DNA of 63,942 nt, the filler included, from Reticulomyxa filosa (lineage: Eukaryota > Protista > Foraminifera), in assembly GCA_000512085.1 (NCBI GenBank). It is 20 parts of 20 records of this genome, joined end to end, with 100 filler letters (N's around TTAATTAATTAA, not from the genome) between each part and the next. Parts side by side here need not be neighbours in the genome. Positions count along the whole stretch, not along the records: positions 29,839 to 45,981 come from ASPP01027611.1; positions 46,082 to 48,454 come from ASPP01042568.1; positions 48,555 to 50,892 come from ASPP01030168.1; 17 more parts are not named here. One strand, written 5' to 3'. The notes beneath the pieces are model-generated. The model did no database searches. It saw only the letters and a program-made list of their open reading frames with translations, and had not been told where the DNA came from. A program made the translations under genes and the position numbers. Every line of letters starts with the position of its first letter. The stretch's first letter is position 1. Positions 39,721-50,992 of the stretch are shown in pieces.

Positions 39721-40706
39721 ATGTTTATTTCTGAACTGAAAAAATTTGAATTTGGACCGATGAATAAAGAAACATCCATCGTAATTCGGAACTCACAAGC
39801 TGCAATAGCCAAAAATAGGCTTACATTCTCAAGATATGTTCGATTTCAACCACCTTGGGGAGTGTTTAGTTGTCCAACCAAGCAATGGTCTTCTTTATCT
39901 CTGGTCCCCACTCGCAACTTTTCAGTTTTGTCAAAAAAAAGTCAATCAATCGGAAATCAGATCTATTACAATCGTAGTAGGATTCAAATGCATCAAACTC
40001 ATTATATTCCACAAAGACATCTCAGTTATACCGTTTTAGCTTTGTCTTGTGGTATCATGCTGATTCTAAAAAAATTCGTTGGTCTAAAAGTTCTTCAATG
40101 GATTGGATGGAAACGCATGTATCGAAGCTATTATCGGCAAATATGTAAAATGCTCCCACATGAACAGCAAGTCCATAAAAAAAGAAAATTCTACAAATGT
40201 GGACAGCTTCATTTCGAAAAACGGGTGCATTTGCCCAAAGACACCCTATTTTAATGCAACGACTACATACCATAGACCGATATGTCACCAATGTTGGGTT
40301 GTATCCGTTTATGAAATTTGCAAGGCTTTTTCATTTTTTCTTAAAAAAATATTTGAAATATGTTGAAGCCAAAAGAATGCGATTGCACAAAAGCAATCGA
40401 TTGAAATTCAAACCAGCGGACGTTGGAATATGGTATGGGCCATTGATGTGCAGCGATGTTGAAGTAGTTGGCGTTGTTACTGCTATCAATGCAGCAACGC
40501 ACGTCCTGAACAGAATACCTGATGGCCATGTTTGGCTTGTTTCTGGATGGTGTATACAAGCCCACGAGAATGGAGATATGCTTGCATGGAGTCAACAACA
40601 TCAAAAAAAATTGGGAGAAAACAAACAAATAAAAATTTTTGGTGATGATGACTACAAAGCTGAAAATTTTATCAAAATTGATAAAACTTTCAAATTACAT
40701 TATTGA
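39721..40706 (+). CDS. Hypothetical protein, possibly mitochondrial, with a homopolymer frameshift at ~40180
   Basis: R/S-rich presequence-like N-terminus (RNFS, RHLS), a TM segment, and two overlapping ORFs. Confidence 0.5.
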
Positions 40707-41239
40707 GGACAGGAAATTGCTGGTTTCTTCTGTGGCCAAGTTTCATTCTTATGAAAATTAAGGCAACATAAAATGTGGATGTTTTTTGTTAACAAATTTT
40801 TATTTTATCGCTTTGTTTTCCCCCAAATGATATGATTCATTGATTTCGGGAGAAAAAATTTTGTAAAAACCCAGTCGACGAATAGGTGGAACCAATATTT
40901 ATGAAATTTTGCTTGTCGAAAAGTCAGTTGCCGTACTTGAAATTTTTACTTCAATGCTAACAAAATGAATGACCCCTAAATTTTGAGAAAGTTCGGAGTA
41001 CCAAATAGGAATTTGTTTTAAATTCTTTTTTCGTAAAAATTTTGAAAATAAAACTTTGTTGTGTTGAATGGAGCAGAGATACGATTTGTGAAGGAAAACA
41101 AGTTTTTTTTGGAAAAAAAGAAAGTGAATTTTAAGAGGCAAGTCAAACAGACAAAAAAAAAAATCAAATTGCTTTCGAAATGAAACGAATCATTTTATTA
41201 AATCAAGCGAACACAAAATAAAAACAGCAAAAAATCGCG

Positions 41240-43450
41240 TTAATTCCCCTTGGATTTCATGTTTGGATTTGCTTGCAATAAATCAATTTGGTCATAACCT
41301 CCACTATCAACTTGTCCAGTTTGATTCAGCTCTTCTTCGTTGTCAGACTCATCCGCATCGGCATCTCTTGTTCTCTCTTTTTCATTATCCTCATCCTCGT
41401 CCTCGGCCTCTGCAGTTTCGAGTTCGCAAAGCCAATCGGCTAATAATTTGAAGGCTTCTCTTTTGGCATCCGTCAACATAGTAGTATCGTTTCTCCATAC
41501 ATCGACATCTTGCTGGGAAGCCATCTTGCCATCGACCAAGCCTTGTAACAATGGCAACAAACTACGATGAACTCGATTATCTGCATACGACCTTTCCACA
41601 CACAATTCAATGAGATAAACGGAATGGCCCAGACATCCATCAATTTCGCCAGATCCTTTTATGGCATTGGAACAAACAATTTTAAAGCAGTTCAGGACTT
41701 GAGGCAAAAGATCATCAGTTGTTTGGGACGCGAACAAGTGTGTGGTGCATACATTGGCAATGATGCGAAGAGTTTCGACATTGCAAAAGAATGTCTTTTG
41801 TTTATCGAGCGCCTTTAAGGATTGAGTAAGATCAGCAACCGATTGAGGAGTGGACGACAATTGTTCTAAAACAGAAGTTTCAACAGGGAAAAGGTATTGT
41901 AAACCATACTCTTTGAACTCCTTTAAGGCTTGTCTGTGAAATTTTTCGGTGGGTGCCCAATGGTCTTTGTTGGTTCTCAGCCACGCAAGTAATTTTTGTT
42001 TGCCAGCCAATTCGATCAAATACAAAGGTGAGTGAGAAGATTCCAAGCTCGACAGTGCTTCCAGCATAATTTCGAGGAAAGCATCCGGTTGCGATTCGCG
42101 AGTCAGTGTGAGTAGTTGCATCAACGTTATCGTTTTGCAATTGTCGAGCGTCCTTGCAAACAAGGCGCCAACTTTTTCGGCAAAGGAAGGATCAGAACTT
42201 AAATTGGGATTTTGCAATCCACAGCGAATTATTTCCAAGTCAGACACGGCTTTCTTCTCTTCAAGGCTTTTCATAAACTTTTTTTGCTTTTGTTTCTTTT
42301 CCTTTGCCTTTGTCTTTTCATTTACTTGCGGTGCCGGCGGCTGCGGTTGCGCTTGTGATATTTTTTTGCCTTTGTTTTTGTTTGTGTCCTTCTCCTGTTC
42401 GTCTTCTGCTTCTCTCTCGCTTTTTTCCTCTTTCGCTTCAGTCGTTGCTTTTTTTTCTTTCGTCTTTTCGTTGTCTGCATTTGCCGACGATTGCGATTTC
42501 GTCACTACATCTTCTTTTGCTTGTGCTCTTGGCGGCGCTGCTGCTGCTGCTGCTGCTGCTGTTGTTGTTTCTTCTTCTTCTTCTTCTTCTTCTTCTTCTG
42601 CTTTTTCTTTGGATTGTGCGTCGGAGAATGTGTCTACTTTTCGTGCCGGTTTATCCTCAATCGGACGAGAAAAGCGCGAAGAATTCTATCCCCCCCCCCA
42701 AATTCCAGTTTATCCCATCCATTTACATTTATCCCATGTTTAAACATTTTTTATTGTTGCAAAAGTATTATACCGGTCAACCACACGGTACGTATACAAA
42801 ACTCATCTCATCTTCCCCCCTTTTTTTTTTTTTCCCCTCCCAATACATACACGACCAACACAGATAAACCTACAATTGGTGTTGTGTTTTTTCTGACGAG
42901 ATCGGCCAACCCTCCTGAACCTTGTCCGAAGAATTTACTTGAGCCTGCTGCATCGCCTCCTGATCCTTGTCCGAATTTACTTGGACCTGCTGTATCGCTT
43001 CCTGATGCTCTCGGCTCACGAAATGGCTTCGACGCATTGCCGAAACGGCCTGACGACGATGACGACGAGCCACCACTACCGAACCGATTCGACGACGATG
43101 ACGACGAGCCACCACTGCCGAACCGGTTCGACGACGACGACGACGATGACGACGAGCCACCACCGCCAATCGACGTGTGGGCGAACTATTGCCGAAACGA
43201 GACGTTGGTCCTCCTTGACCACTTGATTCCGCAGGGGCTGCGACCTTCGTGGACCTGCGCGCCAATTGCTGACGTCTTCGTCTTTGTTTATTCTTGGCGG
43301 TCGTTTATTGAAACCTCTGTCATCTCTGCGTCTCTCGTAAGACCTGTCAAAGTGGCCTCGGTCTGAACGACCTGTATCACTTTTCAATGTCAATTCGTCG
43401 TCTTGGACGCCAAATTGGACATCCAAAGGTTTCCATTGCTTTTTGCTCAT
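41240..43450 (-). CDS. Translation-factor-like protein: R/D/G/S-rich N-terminus and a C-terminal W2 (eIF4G/eIF5/eIF2B-epsilon type) domain
   Basis: LLQGLVDGKMASQQDVDVW...AKREAFKLLADWLCELETAEAEDEDE matches the W2 aromatic/acidic boxes. Intron at ~42665-42868. Confidence 0.7.
43040..43170 (-). repeat. Coding tandem repeat, ~39 bp x3 (GGSSSSSSNRFGS)
   Basis: GACGACGATGACGACGAGCCACC recurs three times. Confidence 0.85.
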
Positions 43451-44029
43451 GTGAAAATTCTGATATGCCTCAAGCTAATAAAGATTAACTCACTCTAAAA
43501 AAAACAACGGAAGTTCCTTTTCCCCCTCACCCTTCTCTAACCTGTAAACGCGAATTTTGTTATGCAGAACTTGTCAAAATTGCAACACAATTGATTCCAT
43601 CAAACACGGGAGTAGAGCAAAAACACTGCTTACAAAACAAGACAGGTGTCGTAGTGTTTCACCAGCAAAAAAACTAAAATAAATACGCGAATCAAATGAA
43701 AAAAGGACAACGTGTCAGCTGTAGTTACTTGTATGAACAAGCTCAAAAAGTTATTAAATGGCAGTTTTGTTTTTCATTGGTTCTATCAGACCAGCATTTT
43801 TTTTTCCCCCCTCACAAAAAGTAATTATTATGAAAAGAAAAAAAAAAGAAAAAGTTGGAATATGCAAAAAGTGGAAAATGTCATTAGATGCTATGTTGAT
43901 GGGTTTTTTTTTCCTCCCTCATATTTGCAAAAGTGTTGAAATTCATCCCATTGAAACATTGTGTGACACAATCAAAGTAAAAAAACAAGGAATAACAACA
44001 CAAGATACAAGAGCATCTTCAGATCGGTC

Positions 44030-45147
44030 TCAAAGTAAATGTCTGTAAAGTTTTAACAAATGAAATTCGCACTCAAATAACAGTAGCATGTATGCAGTAT
44101 CTTCTTTGGCAATATCCAATAGCGCAGTTAGGTTACAAAAAAGCTGCGTAATCGCATATCGGTTTTCTTCAAATCCGAACACCGACAGATAAATTAACAA
44201 TTCGTAGAAAAGTGTAAACGGACATTGGCGCAAAGAAGATTCTTGAACTTTCAGATAGTGAAAAATGATACGGACATTGTCAAAAGCAATTTGATTTGTC
44301 TTGTTTTTGTTTTGTTTTGTTTTGTTTTGTTTTGTTTTGTTTTGTTTGTTTATTGGCTCAAATCAACAGACAGACTTTTTTTTTTTTTTTTTTTTTGTGA
44401 ATGTATATGTTTGAGTTTGAAAAGGGCCAGACACGAATACGTTTACAAATGTGATGAAAGACAAAACAAACCAATTTTCGAAGTACGTTGCATTCATCCC
44501 AAGATATGCCATGGGACTTGGCCAAGCTGTACATTACGTCATGGACCAATTGCGAATCCTGTTGTATGATATTATTGCGGGGCAAGCGTAACCAAGGTCG
44601 AGATAAAAACGCGAAAATTAGAAGTACATATACGTATCGATAATTGCTTTGAAATTTTATTGAGGATTCGTCACCACATTCATTAAACAATGTTTTGACA
44701 AAGTGTGCCGCTATTTATTTGTTTAATCTGTGCTCTTAAACAAACAAACAAATATACATATATGTAAAGTAAATATTAATACGTTGTCAATTACTAGCTT
44801 ACCTTTGGAATCAGTTAAGACTTGATCATTATCATCACTAAAGAGTAAAGGACTGGGATTGAAAGTGTGATCAGTGGAAAGGTGTTCATGCGAAAGTCCC
44901 GATAAATGCAAATGCTCTTGCTCTTGCTCTTGCTCTTCGTCGCTTTGGCTTTCGTATTCCAAGTCCGTGTGCTTTTCGCCCTCTTGGCAAGAATCGTCTT
45001 CCAAATCCCACGGGACTTGTGTGCTTTGTGTGCTGGCATTGCTTTGGGACCTTATCAACTTCGGATAGAAGGTGTATCGTTTATCCGTGCTTTTGCTCGT
45101 GGACGAACTTGTTTGGTGAGTGAGTGTTTCCATTTGTCTAATACTTA

Positions 45148-45199
<52 letters not shown>

Positions 45200-45661
45200 G
45201 TTATTGATATTATTGATATTGCTCTGATAGAAACGATGGCCATAATTGTTATGAGTACTGTCATTGTTGTTGTTATTGTTGTTCAGTCTGGATTGGTAGT
45301 TTTTTATACGTAGTTTGTCCAAATCATTGGCCAACTGTTCCTCCGTTTGCTTCATTGCTTTTTTGGTGGCTTGATATTCTGTATCGAGTGCATTGAATAG
45401 TGTGAGCTCGACGAGTGACTCATGTCTACGTCGACACGGCCGCGCTTGTTCGGCCGTCGTCCCTCCGATTTTTGAGGAGTGACATTGTTGTCGCCCAGGA
45501 TTATGCCACTCGCGCTATTGAACGTTTTGTGTTGGCTGCTTGCGTGAGAGTCCGTGTTGCTTTCGTCTGTCAAAAACTCAATCTCTGTCTGCGACAGCGT
45601 ACGTGAATGTCCAGACGATTGAGAATGTTGTCTCCATAGATTGCTACTTTTCAATTCTTTT

Positions 45662-45694
<33 letters not shown>

Positions 45695-45981
45695 CATTTC
45701 ATAAGGTAAATGTATTAGAAGAAGAAAACATGGAAGAGGGGGGGGAGAGATGGGATCATGTTGCAGAGAAAACAAAAAAAAAAAAAAAAAAAACACTATC
45801 TTGCATACCTGTGATCCCTTCGACATCACTATCGAAAATGTCGACGATATGATCGCCACCCTTTGGGATCAAAAGATGCTCACTGGACTTGAGTTCGTCT
45901 TCGCCGGTCGGCTCTTCGGCATATATGTGCGTCTTCTCGTTCGCGAGAGTGACGTCGATGTGCGTGTGGCTGTGCTGGATC
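44030..45981 (-). CDS. Multi-exon hypothetical protein with poly-Asn and a helical C-terminus (5' partial)
   Basis: Successive minus-strand open segments (45352-45654, 44723-45355, 44358-44690, 44030-44233) separated by AT-rich introns. Confidence 0.5.
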
Positions 45982-46933
45982 NNNNNNNNNNNNNNNNNNN
46001 NNNNNNNNNNNNNNNNNNNNNNNNNTTAATTAATTAANNNNNNNNNNNNNNNNNNNNNNNNNNNNNNNNNNNNNNNNNNNNATGATGATGATGATGATCC
46101 CCATACTTTTGAGACTTTCGTCGACTATTTAGAAATTCATTCGCCAAGTATCGATGCATTGTCTCACTTCCACCTAAAAACAGTACCACCTTCTCTCGGT
46201 CTTTATGTCTCACAGGCACATTATTCTCTTGGCTTCGACTGTCCTTATCACTCTCTTTTTAAAAACCCGGAATTCAAACCCTTTCGGTTCCAACCAATGT
46301 GTCATCACGACCAAATGAAAAAATGCCACGCCAAAAATTCTGTCCACGTGAACCCAGCGGGGGTGTATCTGACGTCTTCGACATCAAACAAGGAAAACTA
46401 TCCTAACAAAAATTGCTTGCGTTGTCAACCAACTTGGTTTGTCCTTCCAAATTTAAACGGACCTATTCACTTTCTTTCCCAAGAACAACAACAAACAAAA
46501 CAGCTTGTTACGGAAGCAACGAAGAAAGCACAAAAATAAAATAAATACATATACAACAAAATCCAGATAATTGCACTTCTTAAAAGGATCCCCTTCTTAA
46601 TTTTTTAAAAAAAAAAAAAAAAACGAATCCAAAATACGAGAATGAAAAAAAACTTACCTTTTTTTATTGACAATTCAATATCAAAAGGAAAGTTTGACAG
46701 AATAGTTTGGTAGTGAAATCATAAAACAAGTGTCGCCTTGTAAAACCTTTCTTTTTTAAATACTCTTACTCAATATGACAACTTAATCCTGGATTTGCAA
46801 CGAAATTCCTTTCATTTTCGCCCAACACAGTGCTCACTGCGTTTTACACCCTTTTTTTTAACGAAAAACTGGGGATCTCAGTCAAATCACTATTTTTCTT
46901 GGTGCAATCAAACTAAGAGATTAATTTAGAGCG

Positions 46934-47419
46934 ATGACTGACCGTATTCAGACACAACACGCCTTTCAAAAACAACACAATGTTTTCATCGGCTACAAAG
47001 ATCTGCGCGGAAGCGCTAAACGACGACGCTTTCCCAAGAGACGATGGTGGAAAAATATTGGTTTGGGTTTTCAAACACCAAAAGAAGCCATTGAAGGCGA
47101 TTACATCGACAGAAAATGCCCATTTACTGGTTTGGTGAGCATTCGTGGACGTATTTTCCAAGGAAGGGTAAAAACAGCCAAAATGACCAGAGCTATTATC
47201 GTGAGAAGAGAATACTTACATTACGTTAGGAAATACAACCGATACGAGAAAAGACATACCAACGTTCCTGCTCACCTGCCACCCTGTTTCCGTGTCAAAG
47301 CTGGAGACACAGTCACCTTAGGGCAATGCAGACCTTTATCCAAGACCATACGATTCTGTGTGATCCGTGTTGACAAGTCAAGAAGTGGAGAAGGACGCAA
47401 AGGATTCCAAGGCTTTTAA
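46934..47419 (+). CDS. RPS11: 40S ribosomal protein S11 (uS17), intronless
   Basis: [50 protein letters not shown] and [11 protein letters not shown]. Confidence 0.98.
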   Translation: MTDRIQTQHAFQKQHNVFIGYKDLRGSAKRRRFPKRRWWKNIGLGFQTPKEAIEGDYIDRKCPFTGLVSIRGRIFQGRVKTAKMTRAIIVRREYLHYVRKYNRYEKRHTNVPAHLPPCFRVKAGDTVTLGQCRPLSKTIRFCVIRVDKSRSGEGRKGFQGF

Positions 47420-48554
47420 AAAATACGAAAAAAACTAGTTTGTGTTGTTCAAAGTTACTGTTTGATTTTTGTTTGAGTTAATTTGTTGCAAACACACGAA
47501 AATTCGAAGGTATAACTTTGCTTCAATAGTTGCATTAGTGCGTGCAAAAAAATTTCACAAACATAGCCATCCAAGTGAAAAAATTTTTACAAACCATTAT
47601 CGCCCAAGATGGGTTTTTAGGTTATGGTCGAGTTTCATTTTTCTTAAAACGAGAAGAGTAAAAAAAATATTTTTGCTGTAAACGAATTTAACTTTTTTGT
47701 GAACTTTGCGTTTGAAGCGAGAATATTTGCTATGTCTTCTCAAAATTAAACGAAAGAAAACACCCAATTTTGCTTCGAAGTTTGCAAATAAATTAAATAT
47801 ATGTGAAAGATTATGGTTAACTGTCGGCTCTGATAATAATTGTAACTTGTCAAAGTTTTTAAAAAATTTTCACGCAGTCAAAAACAAGCGATAAACATAA
47901 ATTGGTATGGATTTGTTCATTGCACAACAAACTTTTTGTCGTTTCTTCAAAATTGGGTTTGGGCACACCCAATGTCACAAAGGAAATAGAAAACCGGGTG
48001 ATGTTCATGGTTGTTGTTATGGATGTGGAAACCAAGTGATGGCATTTTCATTGATGCTTCATTCCATTCGATTCACGGAATTAATGTTGGAAACATTATG
48101 ACAATGTAGATGACAACAAGGAGCATTCAGGAAGAGCTGCTACAAGGGTGTTCAATGGAAAAAAAAAAAGAAAAAAAAACAACCAAAACATGCAATTTGA
48201 GTAACGATTTAGTTCAAAAAGCAAGTTTAACAAAAACCACACACAAAACAAAGTCAGCCAATTAAAAAAACAAATCCCACAACAGAATCACAAAAACAAA
48301 CAAACAACAACCATACATACACACAATCAAGCTTTATCATTAGAAAACAATTCCATACCAAAAACACAAGGGCAAAAAAAAGTGCGACATGCAAGTCCAT
48401 GAGGTACAGCAAGCACTGAATTTGTCATGGTTTGCACATTGTTTTTTTTTTTTTNNNNNNNNNNNNNNNNNNNNNNNNNNNNNNNNNNNNNNNNNNNNTT
48501 AATTAATTAANNNNNNNNNNNNNNNNNNNNNNNNNNNNNNNNNNNNNNNNNNNN

Positions 48555-48769
48555 CCCCGCCGATCCCACCACCGAAAGCGACATCGTCGCCCCCGCCATC
48601 GCGGTCGCCGAGCGCCTGCCGTTCATGCCGCCGACACCGATGGTCGCGCCGACGCTACGACGGCTGGCCGCACTGAAGCCGACGACGATCGTCGCTGATG
48701 CACGGGCCGACGTTCAAGGGTGATGGCGCGGCGGCGTTGGAGGAGTTGGCGGAGCACTATGCAAAGTAG
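48555..48769 (+). CDS. Bacterial MBL-fold metallo-hydrolase (FprA/ODP-like), C-terminal fragment
   Basis: Very GC-rich. TTESDIVAPAIA...PTLRRLAALKPTTI/ALMHGPTFKGDGAAALEELAEHYAK*, with one extra base near 48693. Confidence 0.7.
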
Positions 48770-48899
48770 ACCGACTCTCTACTCGTGAATCGCCAGGCTT
48801 CTTTCGGCCTATCATCTAAATATCGGCGTCTCACAACCCTGACTCGATTGCTCTAAGAAACTTCCATCATAGCAATAGCGTCCTCGGCAACGCCTTAGA

Positions 48900-49844
48900 C
48901 TAACTAATAGACGCAGGTCTGCGCGAGGCTTGGGAATAGAGCCAGTAAATGCCGCTATATCCGAGCAGGCGTAAGACATATTCACGAATTAGGTCCTGCA
49001 TATGCTCCATCAAAGCGAACATAGCATCGTGCATCGAGTTTGCTTGCAAGGAACCGAAAATGTGCTTTGTTACATTGTCGTATTCACGAATGAATCCGCG
49101 ATGAATAAGCGCATTGCGCAACCTTATAATCGCAGGAAGTGCGCCCGGCATCGCCATGCCAACATCATTGAGCGTGAGCTCGAGTAGGGTTCTGAAAGTT
49201 AGATTTCTTCCATTGCAATCGACGAACTGACCGCTGGGCCTCTCTGTGATGCCAAATCGGGCACCCTCAACAAGAGCGAAGTAACTTTTGACGCTCTCGA
49301 TGCATTGAATGCAAGTCGTGATCTGCGCTTCAAGAATTGTTCCAGGCAGGTCACTACTGACGACCATATGAAACAGAGCATTTAACCCGCGCGCTTCTTT
49401 CAGGTCTCTATAACGCGCCCATACTTGCGAAATGAAATTTACAATCTCACCATCGCCATTAGATAGGAAGGGTGGACGCCAATTATTTGGTCCAACCGGT
49501 ACTGGTATTCTATTGGCAACATCAAGGAAGCAGAAATAATAAGGAACGACTTGAGAGTGCGTTGCGAAGCTCAGCAACCAGCAAAGATCCTCCACTAGGA
49601 TCTTGCCTTCGGCCAGCGATCTGATCCCCTCTACCTCAATGACAGATGTGTCAGCTGGTTTCCCCCACAATCCCGACAGCGTTAGCAGCGCAACTGGCTG
49701 CTGCTTGATAGTGACCACATGTCCGCCAAGCGATAACTTGAACTCATTAAGCACTCTTCGCCCATTATCGGATTCCGATAAATGGTCGCCATACCCAATA
49801 AGATTCGCGACCCGAGCGCAGAAGATTGGATTATTATGCGCCAT
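48900..49844 (-). CDS. ApeA-like HEPN-domain protein (putative RNase effector)
   Basis: RNALIH = R-x4-H HEPN motif at 49101-49118, upstream CIES, and C-terminal LRLLGYSG. The N-terminal DLCWLLSFA motif is typical of ApeA-type N-terminal domains. AGGGA RBS lies 6 nt before ATG 49844. Confidence 0.8.
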   Translation of the reverse strand: MAHNNPIFCARVANLIGYGDHLSESDNGRRVLNEFKLSLGGHVVTIKQQPVALLTLSGLWGKPADTSVIEVEGIRSLAEGKILVEDLCWLLSFATHSQVVPYYFCFLDVANRIPVPVGPNNWRPPFLSNGDGEIVNFISQVWARYRDLKEARGLNALFHMVVSSDLPGTILEAQITTCIQCIESVKSYFALVEGARFGITERPSGQFVDCNGRNLTFRTLLELTLNDVGMAMPGALPAIIRLRNALIHRGFIREYDNVTKHIFGSLQANSMHDAMFALMEHMQDLIREYVLRLLGYSGIYWLYSQASRRPASIS

Positions 49845-49940
49845 CCTCAATCCCTGATTGAACCATAATTAATGCCTGTCAATCAGCAAAAATTGCGACT
49901 TAACTCTAGATTGAGACAGACTTAACTAGCAGGGGCAATT
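49845..49940. promoter_or_regulatory. Divergent promoter region with inverted and direct repeats
   Basis: Inverted repeat CTGATTGA/TCAATCAG (49854-49861, 49879-49886), direct repeats GACTTAACT (49897-49905, 49919-49927), and RBS-like motifs for both genes. Confidence 0.5.
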
Positions 49941-50892
49941 TTGAGCAAGATTGAATTAGATTGGGATTCATCTGGCGACTCAATGCCAGGATTTAACATC
50001 GCCATGGCTGTTGCCAATTGCGCAAGGCATTTAGTTGCCCAACAGAAGCCAGAACTTGAGGATTTGCTACCTCTCAATCGTCAGTTTCACTTTCAACATC
50101 ATCGCAGCAACAATGGCTGGTTCGTGTTGCGCGTTCAATTTATTGCAACAGCGCAAATGATTGTCGGCCCTAAAATGGACGAGCCGGACATTGAGTTTGT
50201 TAGAGAGAAAATCGGGACACAGACACTCTCGTCCCTGGATCAATTGCACGGTCTTCTCGGAAATGAGTGGGTTGGCTTTAATTGTTTTACCTATGTTGGG
50301 CCATACAATGGGGATCATGTCTCCCTGAAGAATATCCAAGAGCGTGTTGTAGAGTGGCTCAATATAACCGTCTTGCCACTTGCTCTTGAACACAACCGGA
50401 AACGTATTCTGCAGGCCATTCCGGCGCCTCCACAATTTGAGCCGGGACCAATCTGTAACTCTCTATGGGTAATCGAGTCCAACGATGGCTATTTGCAAGG
50501 CACAGGGTTCGATCTCGCGGAAGTGGGTATTGTGACGTGCGCCCACGTCCTCGGCACCACGCCCTACGCATTTCGCGCGAACAATTTCGCAAAGAAATAT
50601 CCAATCGAGATACTAGCAAGTCATAAGACAATCGACTTGGCGATCGTAAAGGTCGCAGGCGAAATGAGTGTCGGGCTCCGTCGCGGAAGCGCTGCAGCGC
50701 TCCAATTAATGGATCACTTGCTCGTTGCAGGCCATCCTAACTACTACATTGGAGACAGCGGCTTTCTAATGCCGGGGATTGCGGTGGGTTTTCGTACAAA
50801 ATCCGGCATTCGGCGAATTGTAACCAATGCTCCAATTGTGAGGGGAGCCAGCGGCGGACCTGTGGTTGATGCGAGCGGCACGGCGATCGGAG
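49941..50892 (+). CDS. Trypsin-like serine protease with an unknown ~160-aa N-terminal domain (3' truncated by the contig end)
   Basis: QGTGF, VTCAHVL (His), IDLAIV (Asp), GHP and GASGGPV (Ser). TTG start with an AGGGG RBS. No signal peptide. Confidence 0.9.
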
Positions 50893-50992
50893 NNNNNNNN
50901 NNNNNNNNNNNNNNNNNNNNNNNNNNNNNNNNNNNNTTAATTAATTAANNNNNNNNNNNNNNNNNNNNNNNNNNNNNNNNNNNNNNNNNNNN

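Noticed and set aside
42108-43366. Long plus-strand ORFs with poly-C/F/L/D tracts, and similar antisense ORFs at 230-589, 4773-5121 and 44906-45313
   Set aside because: These are shadow frames of trinucleotide-repeat-rich genes on the opposite strand.
47900-48140. Short Cys/Gly-rich ORF after RPS11
   Set aside because: Stops occur in all plausible frames and no motif is recognisable.
48770-48899. Possible ncRNA (retron msr/msd-like) or terminator between the MBL and HEPN genes
   Set aside because: Only short, weak inverted repeats (ATTGCT/AGCAAT) are present, there is no RT gene on the contig, and there is no clear hairpin plus U-tract.
46934-50892. Horizontal transfer of the bacterial HEPN/protease genes next to RPS11 or the WD40 gene
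   Set aside because: They lie on a separate contig bounded by linkers, so there is no sequence evidence of integration.
49941-50892. Housekeeping HtrA/DegP protease
   Set aside because: There is no signal peptide or TM anchor, it has an unrelated N-terminal domain, and it sits in an accessory low-GC context. The C-terminus is missing, so a PDZ domain cannot be fully excluded.
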